This document shows, one piece after another, positions 8,783 through 18,721 of a stretch of 64,000 nucleotides of DNA (positions are counted from its first letter, which is position 1; the number at the start of each line of letters is the position of its first letter). The stretch lies in the NCBI GenBank assembly GCA_011390415.1, contig JAABSL010000111.1, positions 4,925 through 68,924 of the forward strand, written 5' to 3'. The position numbers and the translations under genes are program-made. Below the pieces are notes generated by a model. The model was not told the DNA's origin. It searched no databases and saw only the letters and a list, made by a program, of their open reading frames with translations. This stretch comes from Desulfobacteraceae bacterium (GTDB lineage Bacteria > Desulfobacterota > Desulfobacteria > Desulfobacterales > Desulfosalsimonadaceae).

Positions 8783-10707
8783 TTGTAGCTCCTCTGAGAC
8801 AATTCAACATTTTCAAACACAAGTGGTTCTTTGTGAAAACGGGGTGTTTCGTCATCACCGGTATATTCCCAGGCCGCCACATGACAGAAATTTTCGTCAT
8901 CCCGTTTGGCTTCGTTTTCATCCGTCTGATAGGCCGTGTTGAAATGACATCCGCAGGATTCCTTTCTTTCCAGGGCATCATTGACCATCAGTTCGCCGAA
9001 CTCAAGATAATCAGCAACCCGCCCGGCATTTTCCAGGCTCTGATTTAAATCCTGGCCCGTTCCCGGAATATAGACATTTTCCCAGAATTCACGGCGCAGA
9101 TTTTGAATCAGGGTTTTGGCTTTGACAAGTCCTTCTTCATTTCTGGACATTCCGCAATGCTCCCAAAGGATCAGTCCCAGTTCCCGATGGAATTCGGAAA
9201 CCGTGCGATTCCCGTTAATGGAAAGGAACTTATCGACTCTGCGCTGAACCGCATCAACCGATTCGGCAAATTCAGGGGTCTTGGCAGCATTGACGTCAGC
9301 AAATTCAGTGCCCGCAAGATATCCCCCGATGGTATAGGGAATGACAAAATATCCGTCCGCCAGTCCCTGCATCAGGGCGCTGGCGCCCAGCCGGTTGGCG
9401 CCGTGATCGGAAAAATTGGCCTCTCCCAGGACAAACAGACCGTCAATGGTGCTCATCAGATTATAATCCACCCACAGTCCGCCCATGGTATAATGCACGG
9501 CCGGATAAATCATCATCGGGGTTTTATAAGGATTTTCACCGGTGATCTTTTCATACATTTCAAACAGATTTCCGTATTTGCCGGCAATCACATCTTCGCC
9601 GTCCCGGGCGATGGCATCGGCAAAATCCAGATACACGGCAAGGCCGGTTTCCCCCACGCCTTTTCCTTTATCGCATTGCTCCTTGGCATTTCGGGAAGCC
9701 ACATCCCGGGGGACCAGATTGCCGAAACTGGGATATTTATTTTCCAGAAAATAGTCGCGTTCCGATTCCGGAATCTCCGCCGGCCGTCGCTTGTCCCCGG
9801 GCTTTTTGGGAACCCATACCCGGCCGTCGTTTCGAAGGCTTTCACTCATGAGGGTCAGTTTGGACTGATACGTTCCGTGAACCGGAATGCAGGTGGGATG
9901 AATCTGGGTAAAACACGGATTGGCAAAATAAGCGCCTTTTTTGTAGGCACGAAATGCCGCCGTCACATTCGAGGCCATGGCATTGGTGGACAGATTGAAC
10001 ACATTGCCGTATCCGCCGGTGGCAAGCACCACCGCATGGGCATCATAGGTTTCAATATCTCCGGTGATGAGATTACGCGTCACAATGCCACGGGCCTTTC
10101 CATCCACGGTCACCAGATCCAGCATTTCCCGGCGCGGAAAGAGAGTCACCTTTCCGGTGGCGACCTGACGCATCAGTGCACTGTAGGCCCCTAAGAGCAA
10201 TTGCTGGCCGGTCTGGCCTTTGGCATAAAATGTTCTGGAAACCTGTGCCCCCCCAAAAGACCGGTTGTCCAGCAGGCCGCCGTAATCCCGTGCAAACGGA
10301 ATGCCCTGGGCCACGCAATGATCGATGATGTTGCAGCTCAGCTGGGCCAGACGATAGACATTGCCTTCCCGTGCCCTGAAATCGCCGCCCTTTATGGTGT
10401 CATAAAAGAGCCGCCAGACGCTGTCCCCGTCATTGGCATAATTTTTGGCCGCATTGATGCCGCCCTGGGCGGCAATACTGTGGGCCCGGCGAGGGCTGTC
10501 CTGAATGCAGAAATTTTTGACATTATACCCCAGTTCCGCAAGGGTGGCCGCCGCCGATGCACCGGCCAGTCCGGTGCCCACCACGATAATTTGGAATTTT
10601 TTCTTATTAGCCGGATTGACCAGCTTTAAATTAAATTGATGACGGTCCCATTTTTCCGCAAGGGGTCCATCAGGAATTTTAGCATCTAATTTGACTTCCG
10701 AACTCAT
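8779..10707 (-). CDS. sdhA: Succinate dehydrogenase/fumarate reductase flavoprotein subunit
   Basis: FAD motif [22 protein letters not shown] and [10 protein letters not shown]. Start chosen at ATG 10707, 6 nt after a GAAGGA RBS, rather than the ORF-track extension to 10758, which overlaps sdhC. Confidence 0.9.
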   Translation of the reverse strand: MSSEVKLDAKIPDGPLAEKWDRHQFNLKLVNPANKKKFQIIVVGTGLAGASAAATLAELGYNVKNFCIQDSPRRAHSIAAQGGINAAKNYANDGDSVWRLFYDTIKGGDFRAREGNVYRLAQLSCNIIDHCVAQGIPFARDYGGLLDNRSFGGAQVSRTFYAKGQTGQQLLLGAYSALMRQVATGKVTLFPRREMLDLVTVDGKARGIVTRNLITGDIETYDAHAVVLATGGYGNVFNLSTNAMASNVTAAFRAYKKGAYFANPCFTQIHPTCIPVHGTYQSKLTLMSESLRNDGRVWVPKKPGDKRRPAEIPESERDYFLENKYPSFGNLVPRDVASRNAKEQCDKGKGVGETGLAVYLDFADAIARDGEDVIAGKYGNLFEMYEKITGENPYKTPMMIYPAVHYTMGGLWVDYNLMSTIDGLFVLGEANFSDHGANRLGASALMQGLADGYFVIPYTIGGYLAGTEFADVNAAKTPEFAESVDAVQRRVDKFLSINGNRTVSEFHRELGLILWEHCGMSRNEEGLVKAKTLIQNLRREFWENVYIPGTGQDLNQSLENAGRVADYLEFGELMVNDALERKESCGCHFNTAYQTDENEAKRDDENFCHVAAWEYTGDDETPRFHKEPLVFENVELSQRSYK

Positions 10708-10720
10708 AACCATTCCTTCA

Positions 10721-11362
10721 TTACATGATAAAACTGACATACACGGGGATAAAACCAAATCCGGCGGCCACCAGCAGACTGATAATAACTCCCAGTCCCT
10801 TTATGGCGGGCATATATTTTATGTGATTGGCGCCGATGGTCTGAAAAAGACTCCAGAAACCGTGACTGACATGGATGGCGACCACGATGACGGCCACCGT
10901 ATAAAAAACAACATAGGGCAGCATGGCAAACGTGGCGTCAACCGCCTGGAATACGGTCTGCTGCGTGTGGTCGATAAAATGAAAATTGAGCAAATGAACC
11001 ACCACAAATCCTAAAATTAAAACACCCGTATACGGCATGGTGGCTGAACCGATGGTGCGGCCGCCGGCCCGTTTGTCTACCTGATACCGCACCGGCCGGG
11101 CCTGCAGATTTTGCCAGAATAAGATCAATCCGGTGGAGACATGAATGATCGCAAAGGTCAGCAACCCGATTTCCGCCACCCGGATCAACGGACCGAGGGC
11201 GTGCAGATGGTCCACATAGGAAAGAAACAGCTCTTTTCCGCCATACAGGGTCAAATTGCCGATTAAATGGATTAAAAGGAAAAGAATAAACGCTAAACCT
11301 GTAATGGCCATCATCAGTTTTTTGCCGATGGATGACCGCAACATTTCAATAAACCAGTTCAT
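10721..11362 (-). CDS. sdhC: Succinate dehydrogenase/fumarate reductase dihaem cytochrome b subunit (single large anchor, b558/Wolinella type)
   Basis: About 213 aa with five hydrophobic helices and conserved His residues ([28 protein letters not shown]). Sits directly upstream of sdhAB. The start at 11362 (MNWFIE...) is preferred but uncertain (ORF-track TTG 11410). Confidence 0.8.
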   Translation of the reverse strand: MNWFIEMLRSSIGKKLMMAITGLAFILFLLIHLIGNLTLYGGKELFLSYVDHLHALGPLIRVAEIGLLTFAIIHVSTGLILFWQNLQARPVRYQVDKRAGGRTIGSATMPYTGVLILGFVVVHLLNFHFIDHTQQTVFQAVDATFAMLPYVVFYTVAVIVVAIHVSHGFWSLFQTIGANHIKYMPAIKGLGVIISLLVAAGFGFIPVYVSFIM

Positions 11363-11448
11363 CTCAAGCTCTCCGGATGGCATAAAAAAACTTGTCTGCC
11401 ATTTCCGCAACCGCGGAGGATAATATTATAGATTAATTATTTTGAACA

Positions 11449-12324
11449 TCAGGTGGGAAAAACATCCGCACACATTTCACCGATATATCCCAAATTTTCG
11501 CATACGTGTACACCCGCTTGTTTTAATGCTTCGATTTTAGCGGCGGCCGTTCCGCTGCCGCCGCTGATAATAGCGCCGGCATGGCCCATTCGGCGGCCGG
11601 GGGGCGCTGTTAAACCCGCAATAAAACCCACCACCGGCTTGGTGACATTTTCCTTGATAAACGCGGCCGCATCTTCTTCCGCATTGCCGCCGATTTCTCC
11701 GACCATGACAATCCCTTTGGTTTCCGGATCACTTTCAAATGCGGCCAGGCAGTCAATAAAATTAGTGCCATTGACGGGATCACCGCCAATGCCGATGCAG
11801 GTGGTCTGGCCGATGCCCTGACCGGTGAGCTGAAAAACCACTTCATAGGTCAGGGTTCCGGAACGGGACACCACTCCCACCGGTCCTCCCGGCTTGTGAA
11901 TGGGGGCCGGCATAATGCCGATCTTGGCCTGCCCGGGGGTAATAATTCCGGGACAATTGGGTCCGATCAGACGGGAGCCGGAACCGGCGAGCACCTGTTT
12001 GACCTTCATCATATCCAGCACCGGGATACCTTCGGTGATGGCGACAATTAATTCAATGCCGGCGTCTATGGATTCCATGATCGCATCCGCGGCAAACGGC
12101 GGCGGCACAAATATCATACTGCAGTTGGCCCGGGTTTTTTCAGCGGCTTCCAGGACGCCGTTAAATACCGGGATGCCGTCCATGTCGCTGCCGCCCTTGC
12201 CGGGCGTGACACCGGCCACTACCTGGGTTCCGTAAGCCACACACTGCCGGGTATGAAACTGGCCTTCTTTGCCGGTGATTCCCTGAACGAGCAGTCGCGT
12301 ATCGGAATTAACGAAAATACTCAT
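11449..12324 (-). CDS. sucD: Succinate-CoA ligase (ADP-forming) alpha subunit
   Basis: SRSGTLTYE and the phosphohistidine loop MGHAGAII; collinear with E. coli SucD throughout. Confidence 0.95.
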   Translation of the reverse strand: MSIFVNSDTRLLVQGITGKEGQFHTRQCVAYGTQVVAGVTPGKGGSDMDGIPVFNGVLEAAEKTRANCSMIFVPPPFAADAIMESIDAGIELIVAITEGIPVLDMMKVKQVLAGSGSRLIGPNCPGIITPGQAKIGIMPAPIHKPGGPVGVVSRSGTLTYEVVFQLTGQGIGQTTCIGIGGDPVNGTNFIDCLAAFESDPETKGIVMVGEIGGNAEEDAAAFIKENVTKPVVGFIAGLTAPPGRRMGHAGAIISGGSGTAAAKIEALKQAGVHVCENLGYIGEMCADVFPT

Positions 12325-12350
12325 ATGAATTCAATATCCTTTTATTAATA

Positions 12351-13514
12351 TTATTCAGCGACAATTCTGGCCACAATATCTCCGGCCGACTTCATATCTT
12401 CGGCCGTGAAAAGTTCAAGTCCGGACTCGGCCAGAATACGTCTGCCCTCTTCCACATTCGTTCCTTCCATGCGGACGACCAGCGGCACTTTGATTTCGGT
12501 ATTCCGGGCGGCTTCCACCACCCCTTGCGCCAGTATGTCGCATCGCAGGATGCCGCCGAAGATATTTATTAAAATGGCCTTTACCTTGTCATCGGATAAA
12601 ATAATCTTAAACCCGTTTTCAACCATCTCCGCCGTGGCTCCGCCGCCGACATCCAGAAAATTGGCCGGTTCCGCACCGGCCAGCTTGATCGTGTCCATCA
12701 CCGCCATGGCAAGCCCGGCCCCATTGACCATATTTCCGACCGTTCCATCCAGATTGATATAGTTCAGATTGTATTTGGAGGCTTCCACATCCAAGGGATC
12801 CTCTTCATCCAGATCCCGAAACGCCAGTAAGTCTTTATGCCGGAACATGGCATTGTCGTCAAAGTCCATCTTGGCATCAATGGCCAGCACTTTATTTTCT
12901 TTTGTAATCACCAGCGGGTTGATTTCCACCAGCGAACAGTCGTTTTCAACAAACAGCTGATAGAGCTGTTTCAGCATAAAAGAAAATTCCTTGATCACTT
13001 CAGGGGCAAGGTTTAATCCAAAACAGACTTTCCGGCTGTGAAACGGCTGAATGCCGGTCAGCGGATTAATATGCACCCGGATGATTTTCTCAGGGGTTTC
13101 GGCAGCCACGGTTTCAATGTCCATGCCGCCGGCCTCACTGGCAATCACCATAATGGAGGCGGTTTCCCTGTCCGGAATCAGGCTCAGATACAATTCCTTA
13201 TCAATATTGACACCGGCTTCCACCAGCACCTGTTTGACGGTTCTGCCTTCAGGGCCGGTCTGGTGCGTTACCAGATTCATGCCGATAATGCGCCCGGCAT
13301 GGCTTTTGACTTCATCCAGCGAATGGGCCAGTTGAACCCCGCCGCCCTTCCCGCGGCCGCCGGCATGAATCTGGGCTTTGACCACCACGGGAAAATCGCC
13401 CAGGTTTGCCGCAATCTGTGCGGCTTTTTCCGGATCCGTGGCCACCGATCCTTCCGGCGTGGGCACTTTGTATTTTCTGAAAATCTGTTTGGCCTGAAAT
13501 TCATGAATTTTCAT
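12351..13514 (-). CDS. sucC: Succinate-CoA ligase (ADP-forming) beta subunit
   Basis: [15 protein letters not shown]... ATP-grasp N-terminus, [18 protein letters not shown]. Confidence 0.95.
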   Translation of the reverse strand: MKIHEFQAKQIFRKYKVPTPEGSVATDPEKAAQIAANLGDFPVVVKAQIHAGGRGKGGGVQLAHSLDEVKSHAGRIIGMNLVTHQTGPEGRTVKQVLVEAGVNIDKELYLSLIPDRETASIMVIASEAGGMDIETVAAETPEKIIRVHINPLTGIQPFHSRKVCFGLNLAPEVIKEFSFMLKQLYQLFVENDCSLVEINPLVITKENKVLAIDAKMDFDDNAMFRHKDLLAFRDLDEEDPLDVEASKYNLNYINLDGTVGNMVNGAGLAMAVMDTIKLAGAEPANFLDVGGGATAEMVENGFKIILSDDKVKAILINIFGGILRCDILAQGVVEAARNTEIKVPLVVRMEGTNVEEGRRILAESGLELFTAEDMKSAGDIVARIVAE

Positions 13515-13621
13515 TGAGTTTTCTCCAACAGTTTATCTTTTTTGGGGCAAAGACGATAAAACGAAATATGACGCATTGTTTTTAAGCCGCCATTGCTGAC
13601 ACCCGGAACCTGACATCAGCC

Positions 13622-15688
13622 CTATCCAATCACACACAGCACATCATTTTTGGATACCGAATCGCCGCTGGCAAAATTAATGGCCTTAATGGTGCCGCTG
13701 ACCGGGGCCGGCAGAGAGTTTTCCATTTTCATGGCTTCCAGAACAACCACCGGATCACCTTTTTCAACGCTGTCTCCCACTTTTTTTGCATAACTGACAA
13801 TCATTCCGGGCATGGGCGCTTTCAGGGGGGTGCCTTCGGCATCAGAAGCCGCGGCGGGTGCAGGTGCCGGTTTCGCCTTCGGTGCCGCGGGTTTCGCTTT
13901 GGGTGCCGGGGGCGCCGGCGCAGAAGGCGCCGCCTGGGGCGCGGGAGCGGCTGACACTCTCGGTGCGGAAGTTCTCTGCGGTTGGGGCTGAGACGGCATC
14001 GGGGCACCGGCAGAAGCCGGCGGTTGTGCATAGGTGATCATGGGCGGTCCGTCGGGCTCGTCCACACTGACTTCAAAATATTCGTCTTCGATAAACACAT
14101 TAAAGGTCCGGGTATGTTCGGTTTTTTCCGGGGCTTCCCTGTCGGATTTTTCCACCAGTTTGCCGGCTTTGGCTTTGGCAATAAGGGCTTCTTCTTTCTT
14201 AACGTCTTCAAGGGTTCTGGGTTTGACCGAATCCGGCGGGGTTTCCTTGCCGTATTTCCACATCAGAAATTTTTTCCCGGTCACCGGGTAGAGCGTATAC
14301 AAAATGACATCTTCAAGATCAGTGCTCAGCCCTTGGATTTCCTTTTTGGCTTTTTCCAGTTCCGGCTCCAGCACCTCACCGGGTCGGCAGGTAATGGGTT
14401 TGGAACCTCTTTCATATCCTTTTAAGGCTTTTTTCTGGAGTTTGGGATTGATGGGAACAGCGGTTTTTCCGTACAGTCCGTAACACAAATCCTTTACCTG
14501 GGCGGTAATCATTTTGTAATCTTCGTCATCGTCATCAAACAAAACATTATTCACTGTCTGGGTGCCGACAATCTGGCTGGTGGGAGTGACCAGGGGAATC
14601 TGTCCGAGATCTTTTCTGACCCGGGGCAATTCGGCAAAAACTTCATTGATCCGGTCCAGGGCATCCATTTCCCGCAGCTGATTGACCAGGTTGGAAAGCA
14701 TTCCGCCGGGGGTCTGGTGCAGCAGGACATTAATATCGATTATCGACACCTTGGAATCATCGAGCAGATGTTTGTATTTGGGAAGCACTTCCCTTTCCAG
14801 GACTTCATTAATGCCGGCCAGCTGCTTCATATCAAACCCGGTATCCCGGTTGGTGCCGATTAAAGACATCACCATGGGCTCAACGGCCGGATGGGACGTC
14901 CGGTAGGCGTAGGAGCTCATGCAGGTGTCAATGATGTCGACACCGGCTTCAACGGCTTTTAAATGGGTCATGGGGGCCATGCCGGACGTGAAATGGCTGT
15001 GCAGATGAATGGGAATACTGGTGGTTTCTTTTAATGCCTTGATGAGATCAAAGGCGTCATAAGGCGCCATCAGACCGGCCATGTCCTTGATACAGATACT
15101 GTCTGCTTTCATTTTTTCAAGGTCTTTGGCCTTATTGATATAATAATCCAGATTGTATACGTCACCGCCCATGCGGGGCTCGGTCAGGGAATAACAAATG
15201 CATCCCTGAAAATGCTTGCCGCTGTCTTTGATGGCGGCCACAACGGTTTCAAAATTACGGAAGTCATTTAGTGCGTCAAAGGTTCTGAATATATCCATGC
15301 CGTTTTCAGCCGCTTTTTCAACAAACGCCCGGGCCACATCGTCGGCATAATTCCGGTATCCGACAACATTCTGCCCTCTCAGGAGCATGGAAAACGGGGT
15401 CTTTTTAAAATAACGCTTCAAGGTGCGCAGTCGCTGCCATGGGTCCTCATTTAAAAACCGGTGCATGGTATCAAACGTGGCGCCCCCCCAGACTTCCACG
15501 CCCCAGAAACCGATTTCATCCATCATCTCGGCGACCGGGATCATGTCTTCCGTGCGTCCTCGGGTGGCAAAAAGCGACTGATGGCCGTCACGAAGTGTCA
15601 AATCCTGTATTTTTAATGGATTGGCTGCCTTGGGACGGTTCTCATAATCATTGATTGCCTGCATCTTCACTTCGAAATGATCACTCAT
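13622..15688 (-). CDS. Carboxyltransferase 5S subunit (pyruvate/oxaloacetate carboxyltransferase) fused through a Pro/Ala-rich linker to a biotinyl carrier (1.3S-like) domain
   Basis: LRDGHQS and the HLHSH..G TIM-barrel motifs of oxaloacetate decarboxylase alpha / PycB / transcarboxylase 5S. A ~65-aa P/A linker (about nt 13830-14030). C-terminal EAMKMEN biotinylation motif (Lys codon 13727-13729). Start chosen at ATG 15688, 6 nt after GAGGAG. Confidence 0.85.
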   Translation of the reverse strand: MSDHFEVKMQAINDYENRPKAANPLKIQDLTLRDGHQSLFATRGRTEDMIPVAEMMDEIGFWGVEVWGGATFDTMHRFLNEDPWQRLRTLKRYFKKTPFSMLLRGQNVVGYRNYADDVARAFVEKAAENGMDIFRTFDALNDFRNFETVVAAIKDSGKHFQGCICYSLTEPRMGGDVYNLDYYINKAKDLEKMKADSICIKDMAGLMAPYDAFDLIKALKETTSIPIHLHSHFTSGMAPMTHLKAVEAGVDIIDTCMSSYAYRTSHPAVEPMVMSLIGTNRDTGFDMKQLAGINEVLEREVLPKYKHLLDDSKVSIIDINVLLHQTPGGMLSNLVNQLREMDALDRINEVFAELPRVRKDLGQIPLVTPTSQIVGTQTVNNVLFDDDDEDYKMITAQVKDLCYGLYGKTAVPINPKLQKKALKGYERGSKPITCRPGEVLEPELEKAKKEIQGLSTDLEDVILYTLYPVTGKKFLMWKYGKETPPDSVKPRTLEDVKKEEALIAKAKAGKLVEKSDREAPEKTEHTRTFNVFIEDEYFEVSVDEPDGPPMITYAQPPASAGAPMPSQPQPQRTSAPRVSAAPAPQAAPSAPAPPAPKAKPAAPKAKPAPAPAAASDAEGTPLKAPMPGMIVSYAKKVGDSVEKGDPVVVLEAMKMENSLPAPVSGTIKAINFASGDSVSKNDVLCVIG

Positions 15689-15772
15689 TGGTATCTCCTC
15701 ATTTATATCATGTGACATATAAAACCATTTTAAATTTTAAGGGCCGCAAATGTTGTTATTTTAAACAAATTA

Positions 15773-16009
15773 TTAAAATCTCTGTTTTGAGCCGTGAAAA
15801 GCCTTCATCTGCATCATTGACCGCATCTGCATCTGCTGCTGACGACCGCTGATGCCCCACAGATTCAACACCATCGGCGGCTGTTCTTTGGTCTCGGGAC
15901 CTGAAGGCAAAAAGCCCGAGTCCTGAGCAAACGCCTGCGCTTCCTGCTCGGATTTAATATAATGGGTAACCGCTGCAATGGCGGCAATTTTCTTTTTTCT
16001 ATCCGTCAT
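15773..16009 (-). CDS. Small conserved-looking hypothetical protein inside the transcarboxylase cluster (OadG-like IAAIAAV..Y motif, no TM helix)
   Basis: 78-aa ORF with a GAGGA RBS 4 nt upstream, filling the only gap between the 12S and 5S genes. KKIAAIAAVTHYI resembles the conserved motif of OadG/MmdD-type small subunits. The tail is Gln/Met-rich. Confidence 0.35.
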   Translation of the reverse strand: MTDRKKKIAAIAAVTHYIKSEQEAQAFAQDSGFLPSGPETKEQPPMVLNLWGISGRQQQMQMRSMMQMKAFHGSKQRF

Positions 16010-16077
16010 GATATCCTCGCCGTAAAAATATCTTTCATCAACTTTGTGCGCAAAAAAATGGAAAAATCCGCAACCGG

Positions 16078-17631
16078 TTAAGCCGGAATATTGCCATGCT
16101 TTTTGGGCGGAAGCGTCTGTCGTTTATTGTACATGATTTCCAGTGCTTCAATCAGCCGCACCCGTGTTTCACTGGGGACAATAACATCATCAATATAGCC
16201 GCGGTTGGCCGCACAATACGGATTGGAAAAAAGCTCCCCGTATTCGGCGATTTTTTCCTGGCGTTTGGCTGCCGGGTCTTCCGCACTGTTAATCTCTTTG
16301 CGATGGATGATATTTGCCGCACCGCCTGCGCCCATGACGGCAATTTCCGCACTCGGCCAGGCAAAGGCAAAATCCGCTCCCAGATGTTTTGAAGACATGG
16401 CAATGTAAGCCCCCCCATAGTCTTTGCGGACGATGACGAGCAGTTTGGGAACCGTTGCTTCCGAATAGCACCAGAGCAGCTTGGCTCCGTGCCGGATAAT
16501 GCCCCCCCATTCCTGATCGCTTCCCGGCATATAGCCCGGCACATCGGAAAAGGTGAGTATGGGAATATTAAAGGCATCGCAAAACCGGATAAACCGGGTC
16601 GCTTTATCCGACGCATCGATATCCAGGCACCCGGCCATGACGTTGGGCTGGTTGGCAATAATGCCGATGGATTTACCGTTGAGCCGGGCAAAACAGACAA
16701 TGATATTCTGGGCAAAATGGGCATGGGGTTCAAAAAGTTCGCCATCGTCAACAATATGGCGGATGACCTCTTTCATATCATAGGACTGATTCGGATCATC
16801 CGGAATGATTGCGTCCAGCTCCGGAATCATTCGTTTGGGGTCATCTTCAGCCACCCGGATGGGCGGGTCCTCCATATTATTGGACGGCAGAAAGGACAGC
16901 AGAAGTTTGATGTGATTGATGGCATCCTCATCCGATTCGCAGGCAAAATGCGCCACCCCGCTTTTCTCGTTATGGGTCATGGCGCCGCCGAGATCTTCAA
17001 ACGTGATGACCTCGCCGGTCACGGATTTAATCACTTCCGGGCCGGTAATGAACATGTGGCTGGTGTTCTTGACCATGAAAATCCAATCGGTCATGGCCGG
17101 AGAATAGACCGCACCGCCGGCCGTGGGCCCCATAATCGCTGAAATTTGCGGAATCACCCCCGAGCACAGCGAATTGCGGTAAAAAATATCTCCGTAACCG
17201 CACAGGGCATCCACCCCCTCCTGAATCCGGGCACCGCCGGAATCATTCATGCCGACCACCGGCGCACCGGCCTTGTGCGCCATATCCATTATTTTGCATA
17301 TCTTTTTGGCGTGCATCTCTCCCAAAGAACCGGCCCGGGAGGTGAAATCCTGGGCATATGCAAACACCGGACGGCCGTCAACATACCCGTAACCGGTCAC
17401 CACACCATCGGACGGGATGTCGATATTTTCCATCCCGAAATTGACACAGCGATGTTTGACAAACATGTCCACTTCCCGAAATGTACCGTCATCGAACAGC
17501 ACGTCAAGCCGTTCCCGGGCCGTCAGTTTGCCTTTTTCCTTGTGCTTGGCGACATTCTTTTCACCGCCGTGCTGCATGGCGTTGCGCTTGAGCTCTTTCA
17601 GTTCATTGATTTTGTCCTTAACACTTCCCAT
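16078..17631 (-). CDS. Methylmalonyl-CoA carboxyltransferase 12S subunit / propionyl-CoA carboxylase beta-chain family
   Basis: Full-length acyl-CoA carboxyltransferase (two crotonase-like halves; GGARIQEG, PQISAIMGP.AGGAVYSPA, GIIRHGAKLL). AAGGA RBS. Confidence 0.9.
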   Translation of the reverse strand: MGSVKDKINELKELKRNAMQHGGEKNVAKHKEKGKLTARERLDVLFDDGTFREVDMFVKHRCVNFGMENIDIPSDGVVTGYGYVDGRPVFAYAQDFTSRAGSLGEMHAKKICKIMDMAHKAGAPVVGMNDSGGARIQEGVDALCGYGDIFYRNSLCSGVIPQISAIMGPTAGGAVYSPAMTDWIFMVKNTSHMFITGPEVIKSVTGEVITFEDLGGAMTHNEKSGVAHFACESDEDAINHIKLLLSFLPSNNMEDPPIRVAEDDPKRMIPELDAIIPDDPNQSYDMKEVIRHIVDDGELFEPHAHFAQNIIVCFARLNGKSIGIIANQPNVMAGCLDIDASDKATRFIRFCDAFNIPILTFSDVPGYMPGSDQEWGGIIRHGAKLLWCYSEATVPKLLVIVRKDYGGAYIAMSSKHLGADFAFAWPSAEIAVMGAGGAANIIHRKEINSAEDPAAKRQEKIAEYGELFSNPYCAANRGYIDDVIVPSETRVRLIEALEIMYNKRQTLPPKKHGNIPA

Positions 17632-17743
17632 ATTTCCGTCCTTTCATCTCAACCCGTATGGTATATAAACTCAATCATTTTCAAGATCTTAAAATAATGT
17701 ACCAAAAAAAACAATTAATCAAGCATATCTGAGTGATACTGCT

Positions 17744-18721
17744 TCAGCTTTCCAACGCATTTAATAACTTTTTGACCGCAGCCGTGGGCGTGGAAGTGCC
17801 CTTTTCCACCGCCCATGTCAATTCGGGCATTAATTGTTTAACCGCGGGAATCTGGTAAAACCAGTCTTTTAAGCCTTCTTCAAGTAAAGTTCGCATCCAC
17901 TGGAGCGCCTGTTTTTTTCGTTTCTGTTCCAGGACACCGGTGGCGGACAGTTTTTGGTGGTGGTCTAACACCGTTTCCCAGACCGCATCGATACCCTGGT
18001 TCTGCAGCGCACTGCACGTTAATACCGGAGGCGTCCATTCCGGTGTTTCCGGTGAAAAAAGATGAATCGCGTCCGCATAAATTTTTTTGGCCTGAAGCGC
18101 TTTATCGAGATTGTCACCGTCGGCCTTGTTTACCGCAATGGCATCCGCCAGTTCAAGAATACCCCGCTTGATGCCCTGCAATTCATCACCGGCACCGGCG
18201 AGCATGAGCAATAAAAAAAAATCAACCATGGATGCCACGCTGACTTCCGACTGCCCGACACCCACTGTTTCGACCATGATCACATCAAACCCGGCCGCTT
18301 CGCACACCAGAATGGATTCCCGGGTTTTGCGCGACACGCCGCCAAGGGTTCCGCCCGACGGAGACGGCCGGATAAACGCGGCTTCCTGGACGGAAAGTTT
18401 TTCCATACGGGTTTTATCTCCCATAATGCTGCCGCCGCTGTGGGTGCTGCTCGGATCCACCGCAAGAATCGCCAGGCGATGTCCGCGTTCGAGCAGATTC
18501 ATGCCAAGACTTTCAATAAACGTACTCTTGCCGACCCCGGGCACTCCGGTTATCCCTAAGCGAACGGCTTTGCCGGTATACGGAAGCAGGCGGTCAATGA
18601 CCCGGGTGATCAGTTCCTGATGTTTTGGCAGCGCGCTTTCGATTAAGGTGATGGTCTTTGCAAGCGCTTTGCGGTTTCCGGCGCGAACTCCGGATACATA
18701 AAATTCAGGATCTGTTTCCAT
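17744..18721 (-). CDS. meaB: Methylmalonyl-CoA mutase-associated G-protein chaperone MeaB (ArgK family)
   Basis: P-loop GVPGVGKST, VETVGVGQSE, NKADG. The start ATG overlaps the mutase stop by 1 nt (TAATG on the minus strand at 18719-18723). Confidence 0.9.
   Translation of the reverse strand: METDPEFYVSGVRAGNRKALAKTITLIESALPKHQELITRVIDRLLPYTGKAVRLGITGVPGVGKSTFIESLGMNLLERGHRLAILAVDPSSTHSGGSIMGDKTRMEKLSVQEAAFIRPSPSGGTLGGVSRKTRESILVCEAAGFDVIMVETVGVGQSEVSVASMVDFFLLLMLAGAGDELQGIKRGILELADAIAVNKADGDNLDKALQAKKIYADAIHLFSPETPEWTPPVLTCSALQNQGIDAVWETVLDHHQKLSATGVLEQKRKKQALQWMRTLLEEGLKDWFYQIPAVKQLMPELTWAVEKGTSTPTAAVKKLLNALES

Noticed and set aside
9103-10194. A 363-aa plus-strand ORF, with similar long ORFs at 8216-8755, 13038-13517, 16489-17142, 17146-17697, 27160-27606 and 27871-28356.
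   Set aside because: All lie antisense to strongly supported genes (sdhA, sdhB, sucC, the 12S subunit, the NtrC-type regulator). Their translations are low-complexity (G/R/H/P/F-rich) with no motifs. They are typical shadow ORFs.
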